The notes beneath the pieces were generated by a model that had not been told where the DNA came from, made no database searches, and saw nothing but the letters and a program-made list of their open reading frames with translations. 64,000 bases of DNA. Origin: Nitrosopumilus sp. Its GTDB lineage: Archaea > Thermoproteota > Nitrososphaeria > Nitrososphaerales > Nitrosopumilaceae. Below are positions 52,876 through 62,156 of this stretch, one piece after another; position 1 is the stretch's first letter; every line of letters begins with the position of its first letter. The translations under genes and the position numbers were made by a program. Location: the NCBI GenBank assembly GCA_965218695.1, contig OZ244651.1, positions 768,001 through 832,000 on the forward strand, read 5' to 3'.

Positions 52876-53364
52876 ATGGCACGAGTCGGCATAATAATCG
52901 TGGTGGGTGCAGTGATAGCATCCATGACTGCAGCCATGTACGCATACATAGAATATCAGACAAACTACATTGAGGTAAATGCCGGCGATGCTATCACCAT
53001 AGGTCCGGTGGAATACGTGGTAATGTTTGACGGAACCCATGAGGGAAGCAAGGCTGTCAGGGCCAACAACACGTTTGTCCAGATCATGATCACTGCAAAA
53101 AACATCGGCGATGAGAGAACGCTATTTTCAGGGGGGCAGATGTATATCTTAGACGGGGACGGAGAGAGGCACAAGGCGGTCCACGGCGCATTCTCCGCCA
53201 AGGATCTGCTTGTGGAATGGCTGGAGCCGGACAAGCCAGTCGAGAGAACCACGCAGTTTGACATACCGTTCGATGAGGAGAGTAGGTATGATGTCCTCAT
53301 AAGGCCACAAAAGGAGCAGTCATCATCGGATGTTGCAGTAATCTGCATAGCCAACTGCCAGTAG
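52876..53364 (+). CDS. Membrane-anchored DUF4352-like protein
   Basis: N-terminal TM helix plus Ig-like beta pattern (FVQIMITAKNIG...LEPDK...FDIP). Confidence 0.7.
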   Translation: MARVGIIIVVGAVIASMTAAMYAYIEYQTNYIEVNAGDAITIGPVEYVVMFDGTHEGSKAVRANNTFVQIMITAKNIGDERTLFSGGQMYILDGDGERHKAVHGAFSAKDLLVEWLEPDKPVERTTQFDIPFDEESRYDVLIRPQKEQSSSDVAVICIANCQ

Positions 53365-53737
53365 GCAAAACCATAAGCCTGTATTTTCCGCACTGCTGGA
53401 AAGTCTGCATTGCCTGTTTCTGAGAGGACGCCACATCGACGCAGTATCGTTTTGCAGCACACGTGATCATCGCTGCACGACGCCCATCCTGACAAACCAA
53501 GTTATGGGCATGGCCCTGTTGCCGGCCGGGTTCCTGCAGAGCCGGCGGACATTTTCACCGCATCCCGCACAGGAACTCGTGCCTTGCAGGACACTCTTTT
53601 CGGCGGCGGCGGCATCAAAAGGCATGCGGCAAAAAACAGGCATCCGGACCAGGCAGTACAAGGTCGCATACCTGACGCCTGCTCCTTAGCTTGAGGCAGT
53701 AAATATACAATGTTTCTAAATTCGAATTTAGAAATAC

Positions 53738-54151
53738 TCAGGATTCAGCATTGTTGATCTTTAGCCGGGGCATGACAAATACGCTGGCAGGCCGGATTCT
53801 CAGGATGATCCTCTTTTCGCCGTCATGCCTGAACGGGTAACGATCACGACCCATGTACTTTTGTGCAAGCTTGTCTATATGCCCATAGTCATAGTCGGGA
53901 ATAATCTCCACGACAGTGCCACGGACAGTCGCCATGTCAAGCGGATTGTTCCCGGATACGACAGATACTGCGACGCGGGGGTCACGCAGAATGTTTTTGT
54001 GCTTTGTTCTTCCCTCTGCCGTGTTGACTAGGATATGGCTGTCCTCATAGTCTGCCCATACCGGGGAGACCTGCGGGGAACCGTCCTTCATGACAGTTGC
54101 GATAAAGACAAGATTTGCCTCAGAGAACAATCTTGACGCCTGTTCATTCAT
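53738..54151 (-). CDS. PPOX-class F420-dependent oxidoreductase
   Basis: IATVMKDGSPQVSPVW, KHKNILRDPRVAVSV, LAQKYMG. Confidence 0.9.
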   Translation of the reverse strand: MNEQASRLFSEANLVFIATVMKDGSPQVSPVWADYEDSHILVNTAEGRTKHKNILRDPRVAVSVVSGNNPLDMATVRGTVVEIIPDYDYGHIDKLAQKYMGRDRYPFRHDGEKRIILRIRPASVFVMPRLKINNAES

Positions 54152-54834
54152 GGAAACTGTCACAGCGGCCTGTAACAAAAATCTTCTGCAGGCTGCATGC
54201 CTGCAGGATGCAAAAGAACGCCATTCGGTTCGGATTCACGGCCGACCGGTATTGGGGGGGGATGTCCGGTTTTCATGCATGATTGCGTCTGCATCAGACC
54301 ATCAACATAATTGTGTCATAGTGCCACAAAAAACAGCAGGACATGGCACCCCCAACCATGACGTGCATCACATGCAGTGGCTCCTGCCGGCGTCTTCCCC
54401 ACGGCATCATCATGGTATTGGTATGATATTCATTGGACTGGTATGCATGATACCAATATGATATGGGTGATATCGATATGATATATGTGATATCGGCATG
54501 ACATTCAAGACATAAAGATGATATCTATCCCATACATGGAATACAAATCAGATCGGCATGGTTGAAGCAGTATCAATGGTATGGTCATGGTATTGGAAGA
54601 ATCCAGATGATGCCAGCAGAATGACAGCGATTCTATGACACATGTCCCCGTACCGTGGCAGCTGCCATGACAGTGGTGTGACACTTTTGAGATGGTGGCA
54701 AAAAGATCCCGCCCCGGCAGCCCACGTGCCGAAAGGCACCCAAAACGGGGGTCAGGATGCCATGTGCCGTAAAACAAAATTCGAGTCAACGTGCCTCTGC
54801 ATGAGCAGGGCAGACATGATGCTGCCATCATGCA

Positions 54835-56126
54835 TAGTCGGGGACATAATGTTTCGCTAATTTGACGGTGCGGATTTGTGAGCAAACAACCGAAAAACTT
54901 TGATCCTAGGACATATTGAAAATTGGCATGATATTTTCAAAGGCGCTGTGCAGGAAAGACAGGCTGCCCAAGGGCAACGAATTCCTGCAGGATACAAACC
55001 AAGATGAGATCCTCCGGATGATTAACCAGACGCCGTCCGGCAAGGCGCGGGACATATTGGTTGCATGCCACAAGAGAAAAGCCGGGATGAGCCTGCACGC
55101 CATATCGAGTGCGATGATGAAGCCGTATTCCACCATACGCGGCTGGCTGGTAAGGGTCACCAGGCGCGGGCTGGCAGGCAGGTTTGACAAAAAGTCTACC
55201 GGAAGAAGGAGGATGCTGGGAGAACGCTCGGTTTGGATGATAAAGGCCTGGCTCCTGGAGGCGCCGTCAAAATTCGGGTTCGAGTCCGCGTCATGGAGCA
55301 CAAGGATGCTGCTTGGTGTAATCATGGACTGGATCGGCATGGGCGCCAGCGCCCGTACGCTGCGACGGGTATTGCGCCGGCTCGGATTCTCATACACGAA
55401 ACCAAGACCCGTGCCCCGCAGGTCTGCCACGGCAGAAGAACAAAAGCGGTTCAAGGAGGAGACGACCGAGTCTATCCTAGGCATGATTTCGAGTGGACGC
55501 ACGGTACTTGCAGGAGACGAGGTCGCAGTCCAGCTGGGGGCAAGCGCCGGGTACGGGTGGAGGCCAATCGGAGGCGGCAATACGGTAGACACGGCGTTCA
55601 GCACAAAGTCATCCCGGATGTTTGGCGCGCTGTCATCTGAGAGGATCCACGTAAAGGACGTAGAGTACACAAATTCCGAGACGTTCAAGGATTTCCTGAC
55701 GGACATGCGCCAGACGTACGGGAAATTTGTCATGATCTTGGACAACGCGTCATACCACAAGACCGACACGGTCACGGATTTTGTAAATGGTACCAACGGG
55801 GACATACGGCTGATATTCCTCCCGCCGTACACCCCACAGCTCAACCCCATCGAGGTCCAGTGGAGGGTGCTCAAGAAAACACTTGCCGGGCGGCAGTTCA
55901 AAACAACAGATGAAGTCGTGGATGTCGTCAAGAGAATAATCAACTCAGGCGAGATGAAGCCGGTCAAGATGATGAAATATCTTACGCCGTAAAGGCATTC
56001 CCGGAAATTCTTGCAACAAACTTAGTCAGATTACATCCCTGTACCCTGCCAACTTGGTATAATTCTAAGATGGGCGGTAGCTACAGTCTGGACGGGAAAA
56101 AGAGCGAAACATTATGTCCCCGACTA
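54835..56126 (+). mobile_element. IS630-family element
   Basis: Perfect TIR TAGTCGGGGACATAATGTTTCGCT (54835-54858 / 56103-56126); exact end is ambiguous by 2 bp. Confidence 0.9.
54916..55992 (+). CDS. IS630-family transposase
   Basis: GFSYTKPRP, GDE, LDNASYH, LPPYTPQLNPIE. Confidence 0.92.
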   Translation: MKIGMIFSKALCRKDRLPKGNEFLQDTNQDEILRMINQTPSGKARDILVACHKRKAGMSLHAISSAMMKPYSTIRGWLVRVTRRGLAGRFDKKSTGRRRMLGERSVWMIKAWLLEAPSKFGFESASWSTRMLLGVIMDWIGMGASARTLRRVLRRLGFSYTKPRPVPRRSATAEEQKRFKEETTESILGMISSGRTVLAGDEVAVQLGASAGYGWRPIGGGNTVDTAFSTKSSRMFGALSSERIHVKDVEYTNSETFKDFLTDMRQTYGKFVMILDNASYHKTDTVTDFVNGTNGDIRLIFLPPYTPQLNPIEVQWRVLKKTLAGRQFKTTDEVVDVVKRIINSGEMKPVKMMKYLTP

Positions 56127-56175
56127 TGCATATCAGTCTGCAATCAGGAGCAGATCTGGATATCACAGGGACGGA

Positions 56176-57003
56176 TCAGGGCAGGCGCAGGCCTGTCAGT
56201 CCTTCATATGCCAGGGTGTAGCGCCGTGTCATCTTTGCGACAATTTCAGGGGAAATCTCAGGTGCGACAGGCTCTGCTCCTGCGGCACGGGCATCCTCAA
56301 ACTGCTTTTGATAACCGGCTTCAGTAAGCCAGTCGCGCAGCAGCTGCTTGTCATATGCCTCCTGTATATGGCCCACCTCAAATGAGTCCTTTAGCCACAA
56401 CCGGTACTCGTCAGGGCCTATCGAGTCCCCAAGGGTGATACGGCCGTCAAGGATCCCAAACTCCAGTTTCAGATCAGCCAGTATGAATCCTGCATCATCT
56501 GCAATCCGGGCCATCTTCTGATAAATTCCGACTGATACCTGCTCAAGGGTGTCATACTGCTCAGGGCTTACCAGGTTCCTTTGGATTGCACCCTCCCTGT
56601 CAACAGGAACATCATGCTCTGATTTTGTGGTGGGGTCAAAGACGGGTACCGGCAGTCTTGATGCAAGTCTGGTGTCTGCGCCGTCAGGGAGTGTCGCGGT
56701 GCCGTTCTTCCATCTGCTGACCAGACTGCCATAAAAGTATCCGCGTACCACACATTCAATTGGAAGCATGTTCATTTTTTTTACGACGATCTCGGTATCT
56801 GACTGGCGTCTTACAAAATGGTTCGGGGTCTCAAGCCTGTCAAACCAAAACTCTGCAAACCTGCACAGCACCTCCCCCTTTCTGGGGATATCCTGTCGAA
56901 ACTTTACATCATACGCAGAGACCCTGTCTGAAAACCTGAAGAGGAGCGTCTCAGCATCCACTTCATAAATGTCCTTTACCTTTCCGCTTGCAAGAAACCT
57001 CAA
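56176..57003 (-). CDS. purC: SAICAR synthetase
   Basis: [43 protein letters not shown]. Confidence 0.96.
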   Translation of the reverse strand: MRFLASGKVKDIYEVDAETLLFRFSDRVSAYDVKFRQDIPRKGEVLCRFAEFWFDRLETPNHFVRRQSDTEIVVKKMNMLPIECVVRGYFYGSLVSRWKNGTATLPDGADTRLASRLPVPVFDPTTKSEHDVPVDREGAIQRNLVSPEQYDTLEQVSVGIYQKMARIADDAGFILADLKLEFGILDGRITLGDSIGPDEYRLWLKDSFEVGHIQEAYDKQLLRDWLTEAGYQKQFEDARAAGAEPVAPEISPEIVAKMTRRYTLAYEGLTGLRLP

Positions 57004-57048
57004 ACACCCCTGTTCAGTCAGGGCAGAATTTAACTGATGGTATCAAAA

Positions 57049-58376
57049 GGCTCTGTAAAGTTACGGTGACCCGCGACTTGACTGATCCGCATCGACTAAA
57101 GTATTCGAATCCGGCTTCCCGGATCTAGCCCTCGCCATCGCTTCATCTGCGGACCCGACCGGGCCGAACCACAGCCCACGTGCAAGTATGTTGTTACCTG
57201 CATTCTTGTCCCTGTCTATGGACACGTGGCAGTGTTTGCACCTGACCATCCGGTACGCTTCGGAGTTTGTCTTCCCCCCCCCCACATTCCGCGCACCTTG
57301 ATGACGTGCCTGCCGCCGATACTTTCTTGGTCGGAAGGCCGAGCCTTCTAGCCTTGTATTCAACCATGAATTGCAAAATATGATATCCCCAACTGTTCAA
57401 CTTGGTTCTGGTTTTCCTTGATGCCTTGCCGCCCTTTTTCCATCCCTCTTTCATGTCCGTCAAATCCTCCATGACGATTCCCGGGTTCCGCGAGATGATC
57501 TCGTTTGCTGCCGCGTGCATGAGGGGCGCGGTCCTGTCTTTTTCTTTCTTGCCGTATTTGCCTGCGATCTCTTTTCTTATCCTGTGGTCGTTGCGCGTAA
57601 GATGGCCCACCTTCTCCCTGCATTTGGTGCGGACATGCCTGACTTTGGCCATGCCGGTCACTTTGACGTTACATTGGTTGTCGTACGTGGTGATGTTGTC
57701 CAAATTCAGATCCATTCCGAGCCATCCATCGGGAACCGTTTGTTCAACGGTCTCCGAGTATGGCACGATCAGCCTGTCCTTGGTCAGCGTGATGCCGCCG
57801 AGTTTTTTGCCTTGGATCTTTTCTAGCACGTACGGGGCAAGCCTGATTCGGACATGATTCCCCAACATCATGGGGATTTCAATGAAACCGTCAATGATCT
57901 TGTAGTTCTGATTGTTTATCTTGAGCAATTCCTTTCTGACGTACGGCCGCGTAATCTTTTTGGGCTTTTTGACGGATTGGTTCTTGCGGTTTTTGGGCTT
58001 GGCCTTCCTTGCGGCCTTGCGAAGCACGGTGCGCCAGGACTTCAGCAGTGACGTGCCGGCCTTGATTGCCTCCTGCGTGTGTGTGGCATAGTGTCCTTCC
58101 CGCCTCAATTCGGGATACGCGAGTTCCTGGAACTTTTTGGTTGACGTTATGTTGTGTAGCATTCCGAGCCTGATGGCCTCGTTGGTGTCGTGCCTGAAAT
58201 TCTCAAACGTTTCCTTGATCTCGTCGTGCTTGTCGTGGAACTGCCAGATGCATTCAGTATGTGTCACAGATCATGTGGCCGTTCGCGGCTTTTAAGGGCG
58301 GCAGAGCTCACGACATCCGCATGTGTCCGTGATCGTGCGCTGGTATGGGATTGGGTCCCTGTAACTTTACAGTTCC
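57049..58376 (-). mobile_element. Non-autonomous TIR element carrying only tnpB
   Basis: 24-bp imperfect TIR (57049-57072 / 58353-58376); 8-bp TSD TATCAAAA (57041-57048, 58377-58384). Confidence 0.88.
57061..58267 (-). pseudogene. tnpB: TnpB RNA-guided endonuclease, frameshifted at a G10 tract
   Basis: RuvC-I GMDLN, RuvC-II VMEDL, TSSRCAECG, then in the next frame CKHC..DRDKNA (RuvC-III); removing one G at 57274-57283 gives 401 aa. Confidence 0.9.
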
Positions 58377-58490
58377 TATCAAAAGTAAACGGGGTGTCGG
58401 ACAAACCTTGGATTCAGGATGTTTAGTCTTGCCGGACTGCCCTAAGGAAAGTGCCGAGTAGTTCTGCCACATCGTGTACCGGATGTTGAT

Positions 58491-58733
58491 TTACCAGCGA
58501 TTTTTCAGGTTCCGGCGATAGGTGTATGTGGCATTGTTGCCCCTCACCACGAGGAGCCTGCATACTTTGCAGTTGGAGCACTCCTCGTAAATCTTGTAGT
58601 CGTCGCCGCTCAGGGCAAACCAGCCCGGATTGGACTTTTTGCCCACCCTGCACCGCGTCCACGCGTGATCCTTCTTGGGACAGTCAGGGCAGTCCGACGT
58701 CCATTTGTCTGGCGGCATGTCAGTCATTGGCAT
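58491..58733 (-). CDS. Small Cys-rich hypothetical protein
   Basis: CPDC...CSNC pairs in 80 aa; no family recognised. Confidence 0.45.
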   Translation of the reverse strand: MPMTDMPPDKWTSDCPDCPKKDHAWTRCRVGKKSNPGWFALSGDDYKIYEECSNCKVCRLLVVRGNNATYTYRRNLKNRW

Positions 58734-58811
58734 TTCCCTCCGCAGAACTTGGTTGGGACAAATTTAGGCTTTTCGCCAGTCGCTTCGTTCACATTCCCAC
58801 CGATTTCAACA

Positions 58812-61800
58812 CTAGGGGTGAATGATACCGGCGACGGGAAAGAAGGGAGGTCGGATGCTGATTATCTGCACATTCTCGTCGACCCAGCTTGTAGCCAGCG
58901 CGTAAGGAGAACCGTCGACAACGACGGTTGCGACAGAGATTGCCCTTTTGAGTTCGTCGGAAACTTTTCCATCATACACAATCGCAACCTGCCGGGGCGA
59001 GCGGGGATCGAATATGTCAATTATCTGGACGCCGTGATCGAGGATGGACGCGACTAGAACGTAGGCAGCGTCGCTAGTCGTAATGGCTGCAACAGACATA
59101 GCCCCGGCGAGTTTGCGAAAAGATATTCCGTCAGTCATGGATGCGGCCGGTTCCGGGGAGTGAGGATCAGATATGTCTATAATCTGGACGCCGTGATCGA
59201 GGATGGACGCGACTATCGCGTACGTGGAGTTGCCAATCACGGCAGAATCTATCGAGATTGCCCCGGCTAGCCTGTCAAAGAGGATTCCGTCTGACACGGA
59301 TGCGGTAGGCTCGGGAGAATGTGGGTCGGATATGTCGATTATCTGGACGCCGTTGTCTGCAACCGACGCGACCAGCGCGTACGTGGAGTCGCCAATCACG
59401 GCAGTAGTTATGGACCGTGCCCCGCCAAGCCTGTCAAAACCGGCCTCATCTGTAACAGTGTCGTCCCGTATGGATGCGACAGGCACAGGAGAATGTGGGT
59501 CGGATATGTCGATTATCTGGATTCCGTCGTCATTCCAGCCTGCGGCCAGCGCGTACGTGGAGTCGCCAACCCGAACGGTTGCCACGGAGATGGTCCCGTC
59601 CAGTTCGTCAAAGACTTTATCATCTGTCCCGTCAAAGACTTCCCCGTCGCGCACGAATGCGACCGGCTCGGGTATTGCAGGATCAGACATATCGATTATC
59701 CACATGCCATTATCCGTAATAGACGCGACCAGCGCGTACGTGGAACCGGCAATCACGGCAGTGGACATGGAGGTCACCCCAGTCAGGCCGTCAAGCATAT
59801 TCTTGCCGTACACGGGAACTACCGGCACGGGAGAGGCAGGGTCAGATATGTCAATGACTCTGATGCCCAGGTCTGCCACCGACGCGATCAGCGCGTACGT
59901 GGAATTGCCAACCCGGGCGGTTGTCACGGAATTTGTCTCGGCCATTCTGTCAAAGACTGTTTTGTCAGATATTGAACCCACCGGTCTCGGATAGTATGGA
60001 TTGAATATGTTGATTATCTGGATTTCGTCGTCAATCCAGCTGCCGGCTAGCACGTAGGATCTGCCGTTGAACCATGTGGTGACAACGGAGGTTGTACCGG
60101 CAAGCCCGTCAAAGACGGCCCCGTCAAACATGGATGCGGCCAGTTCTGGGGAATGGGGGTCTGACAGGCGGATGATTTGTGCCCCGCTGTCTCCAACCGA
60201 CGCTACCACCGCATAAGGCGCGGTATGAATTTGGATAGTGTCTATCGACACCACGCCGGCAAGCCTGTCAAAGACGTCTCCGTCAGACATGGATGCAACC
60301 GGCCGGGGATCTTTGGGTTTTGTGAGGTCGATTATCTGGACTCCGTTGTCTGCAAATGATGCGACCAGTGCGTAGGGCGTATTGTAAATCACGGCAGTGG
60401 TTATCGACACCGCGCCGGCCAGCTCGTCAAAGCCGCCTAGTCCGTCGGATGCAGACGATATGGATATGGGATTTCCAGGGTTGGTGATGTCGATTATCTG
60501 GACGCCGTCGTCTGCCCAGCTTGCGACCAGCGCGTAATGGGAGTCGTCGATGGTGATCGTGGTAATTGATGCTGCGCCGGCTAGCTTGTCAAACGGCTCT
60601 CCGTCAGATATTGATGCGACCGGAGCTGGATCTGTGGGATCTGTGATGTCGATTATCTGGACGCCGTCGTCTGCCCAGCTTGCGACCAGCGCGTAATGGG
60701 AGTCGTCGATGGTGATCGTGGTAATTGATGCTGCGCCGGCTAGCTTGTCAAACGGCTCTCCGTCAGATATTGATGCGACCGGAGCTGGATCTGTGGGATC
60801 TGTGATGTCGATTATCTGGACGCCGTCGTCTGCCCAGCTTGCGACCAGCGCGTAATGGGAGTCGTCGATGGTGATTGTGGCAATAGAGTTTGCCCCGGAG
60901 AGCTCGTCAAAGTCCGCCCCGTCTGATATGGATGCGACCGGCACCGGATTGTGGGGGTTTGATATGTCAGATATCCGTACTTCGTTGTTGGTAACTGATG
61001 CTGTCAGGGAGTAGGTGGACTCACCAATTGAAACCGTCGTCATGGAATTTGCCCCCACTAGTTTGTCAAAAGATATTTTGTCATGCAGTGATGCGGCCGG
61101 TGCGGGATCTGTGGGATCAGTAATGTCGATTATCTGGATGCCATCGTCAATCCAGCTTGCAGTCAGCGCGTATGGGTGGCCGGTAATTCGAACTGCTGCC
61201 ACAGACATCACCCCGGAGAGCTCGTCAAAGTCCTCCCCGTCTGATATGGATGCGGCAGGTACCGGATTGTGGGGATCGGATATGTCGATTATCTGCACGC
61301 CGCTGTCGGCAACGGATGCTACCAGGGCGTAAGGCGTCTTGTCGATCCAGATAGTGGTAATGGAGTTTGCCCCGGAGAGCTCGTCAAAGTCCTCCCCGTC
61401 TGATATGGATGCGGCAGGTACCGGATTGTGGGGATCGGATATGTCGATTATCTGCACGCCGTTGTCGGCAACGGATGCTACCAGGGCGTAAGGCGTCTTG
61501 TCGATCCAGATAGTGGTAATGGAGTTTGCCCCGGAGAGCTCGTCAAAGTCCTCCCCGTCTGATATGGATGCGGCCGGCACGGGGAAGGCAGGGTCGGATA
61601 TGTCGATTATCTGCACGCCGCTGTCGGCAACGGATGCTACCAGGGCGTAGAGGGAATCGCGGATTTGGACGGTTGTGATTGAACGCGCCCCTGCAAGTTC
61701 GTCAAAGGTAGCCACAATGGGCACGTGGTCAAACCTATCACCGCCGGTGATATTCCATTTGCCACGTTCGTCAAAAACCATTCCATCAGACACGGACGCG

Positions 61801-61988
61801 ACCGACTTGGGGGAGGCAGGATCTGTTATGTTGATTATCTGGATGCCATTATCTGCAACGGACGCGACCAGCGCGTAAAGGGAGCCGTCAAGCCAGGCAG
61901 TTGTGATAGATATTGCCCCGTCAAGCCTGTCAAATTCCCTCCCGTCGGATATGGACGCTACCGGCTTGGGGGAGACAGGGCGGGACAT
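58812..61988 (-). CDS. LVIVD-repeat beta-propeller protein (about 20 repeats of about 53 aa)
   Basis: Repeated YALVAS..D.GVQIIDISDP..P.PVASISDG; near-identical 159-bp DNA units at 60484/60643/60802 and 61211/61370/61529. Confidence 0.9.
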   Translation of the reverse strand: MSRPVSPKPVASISDGREFDRLDGAISITTAWLDGSLYALVASVADNGIQIINITDPASPKSVASVSDGMVFDERGKWNITGGDRFDHVPIVATFDELAGARSITTVQIRDSLYALVASVADSGVQIIDISDPAFPVPAASISDGEDFDELSGANSITTIWIDKTPYALVASVADNGVQIIDISDPHNPVPAASISDGEDFDELSGANSITTIWIDKTPYALVASVADSGVQIIDISDPHNPVPAASISDGEDFDELSGVMSVAAVRITGHPYALTASWIDDGIQIIDITDPTDPAPAASLHDKISFDKLVGANSMTTVSIGESTYSLTASVTNNEVRISDISNPHNPVPVASISDGADFDELSGANSIATITIDDSHYALVASWADDGVQIIDITDPTDPAPVASISDGEPFDKLAGAASITTITIDDSHYALVASWADDGVQIIDITDPTDPAPVASISDGEPFDKLAGAASITTITIDDSHYALVASWADDGVQIIDITNPGNPISISSASDGLGGFDELAGAVSITTAVIYNTPYALVASFADNGVQIIDLTKPKDPRPVASMSDGDVFDRLAGVVSIDTIQIHTAPYAVVASVGDSGAQIIRLSDPHSPELAASMFDGAVFDGLAGTTSVVTTWFNGRSYVLAGSWIDDEIQIINIFNPYYPRPVGSISDKTVFDRMAETNSVTTARVGNSTYALIASVADLGIRVIDISDPASPVPVVPVYGKNMLDGLTGVTSMSTAVIAGSTYALVASITDNGMWIIDMSDPAIPEPVAFVRDGEVFDGTDDKVFDELDGTISVATVRVGDSTYALAAGWNDDGIQIIDISDPHSPVPVASIRDDTVTDEAGFDRLGGARSITTAVIGDSTYALVASVADNGVQIIDISDPHSPEPTASVSDGILFDRLAGAISIDSAVIGNSTYAIVASILDHGVQIIDISDPHSPEPAASMTDGISFRKLAGAMSVAAITTSDAAYVLVASILDHGVQIIDIFDPRSPRQVAIVYDGKVSDELKRAISVATVVVDGSPYALATSWVDENVQIISIRPPFFPVAGIIHP

Positions 61989-62156
61989 GTCGATTAGATC
62001 TCATGCAGAATGCGCCTGACTTAAAAAACTGAATTAAATTGGGTTATTCCCACGTGCGGCACCACATGCGGCCGAATATCCACAGAATCGTAAAGCATGC
62101 CAATCCAAGAAGGATAACCGAAACGTTAAGATCGGTGATTTTTACGCCACACCGTG

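Noticed and set aside
54400-54600. ATG/GAT/TAT-rich stretch as a structured array
   Set aside because: No consistent period or unit could be established by eye
59000-61950. Regular repeats as a CRISPR array
   Set aside because: Units are 159 bp, in frame and coding, with no unique spacers; no cas genes present
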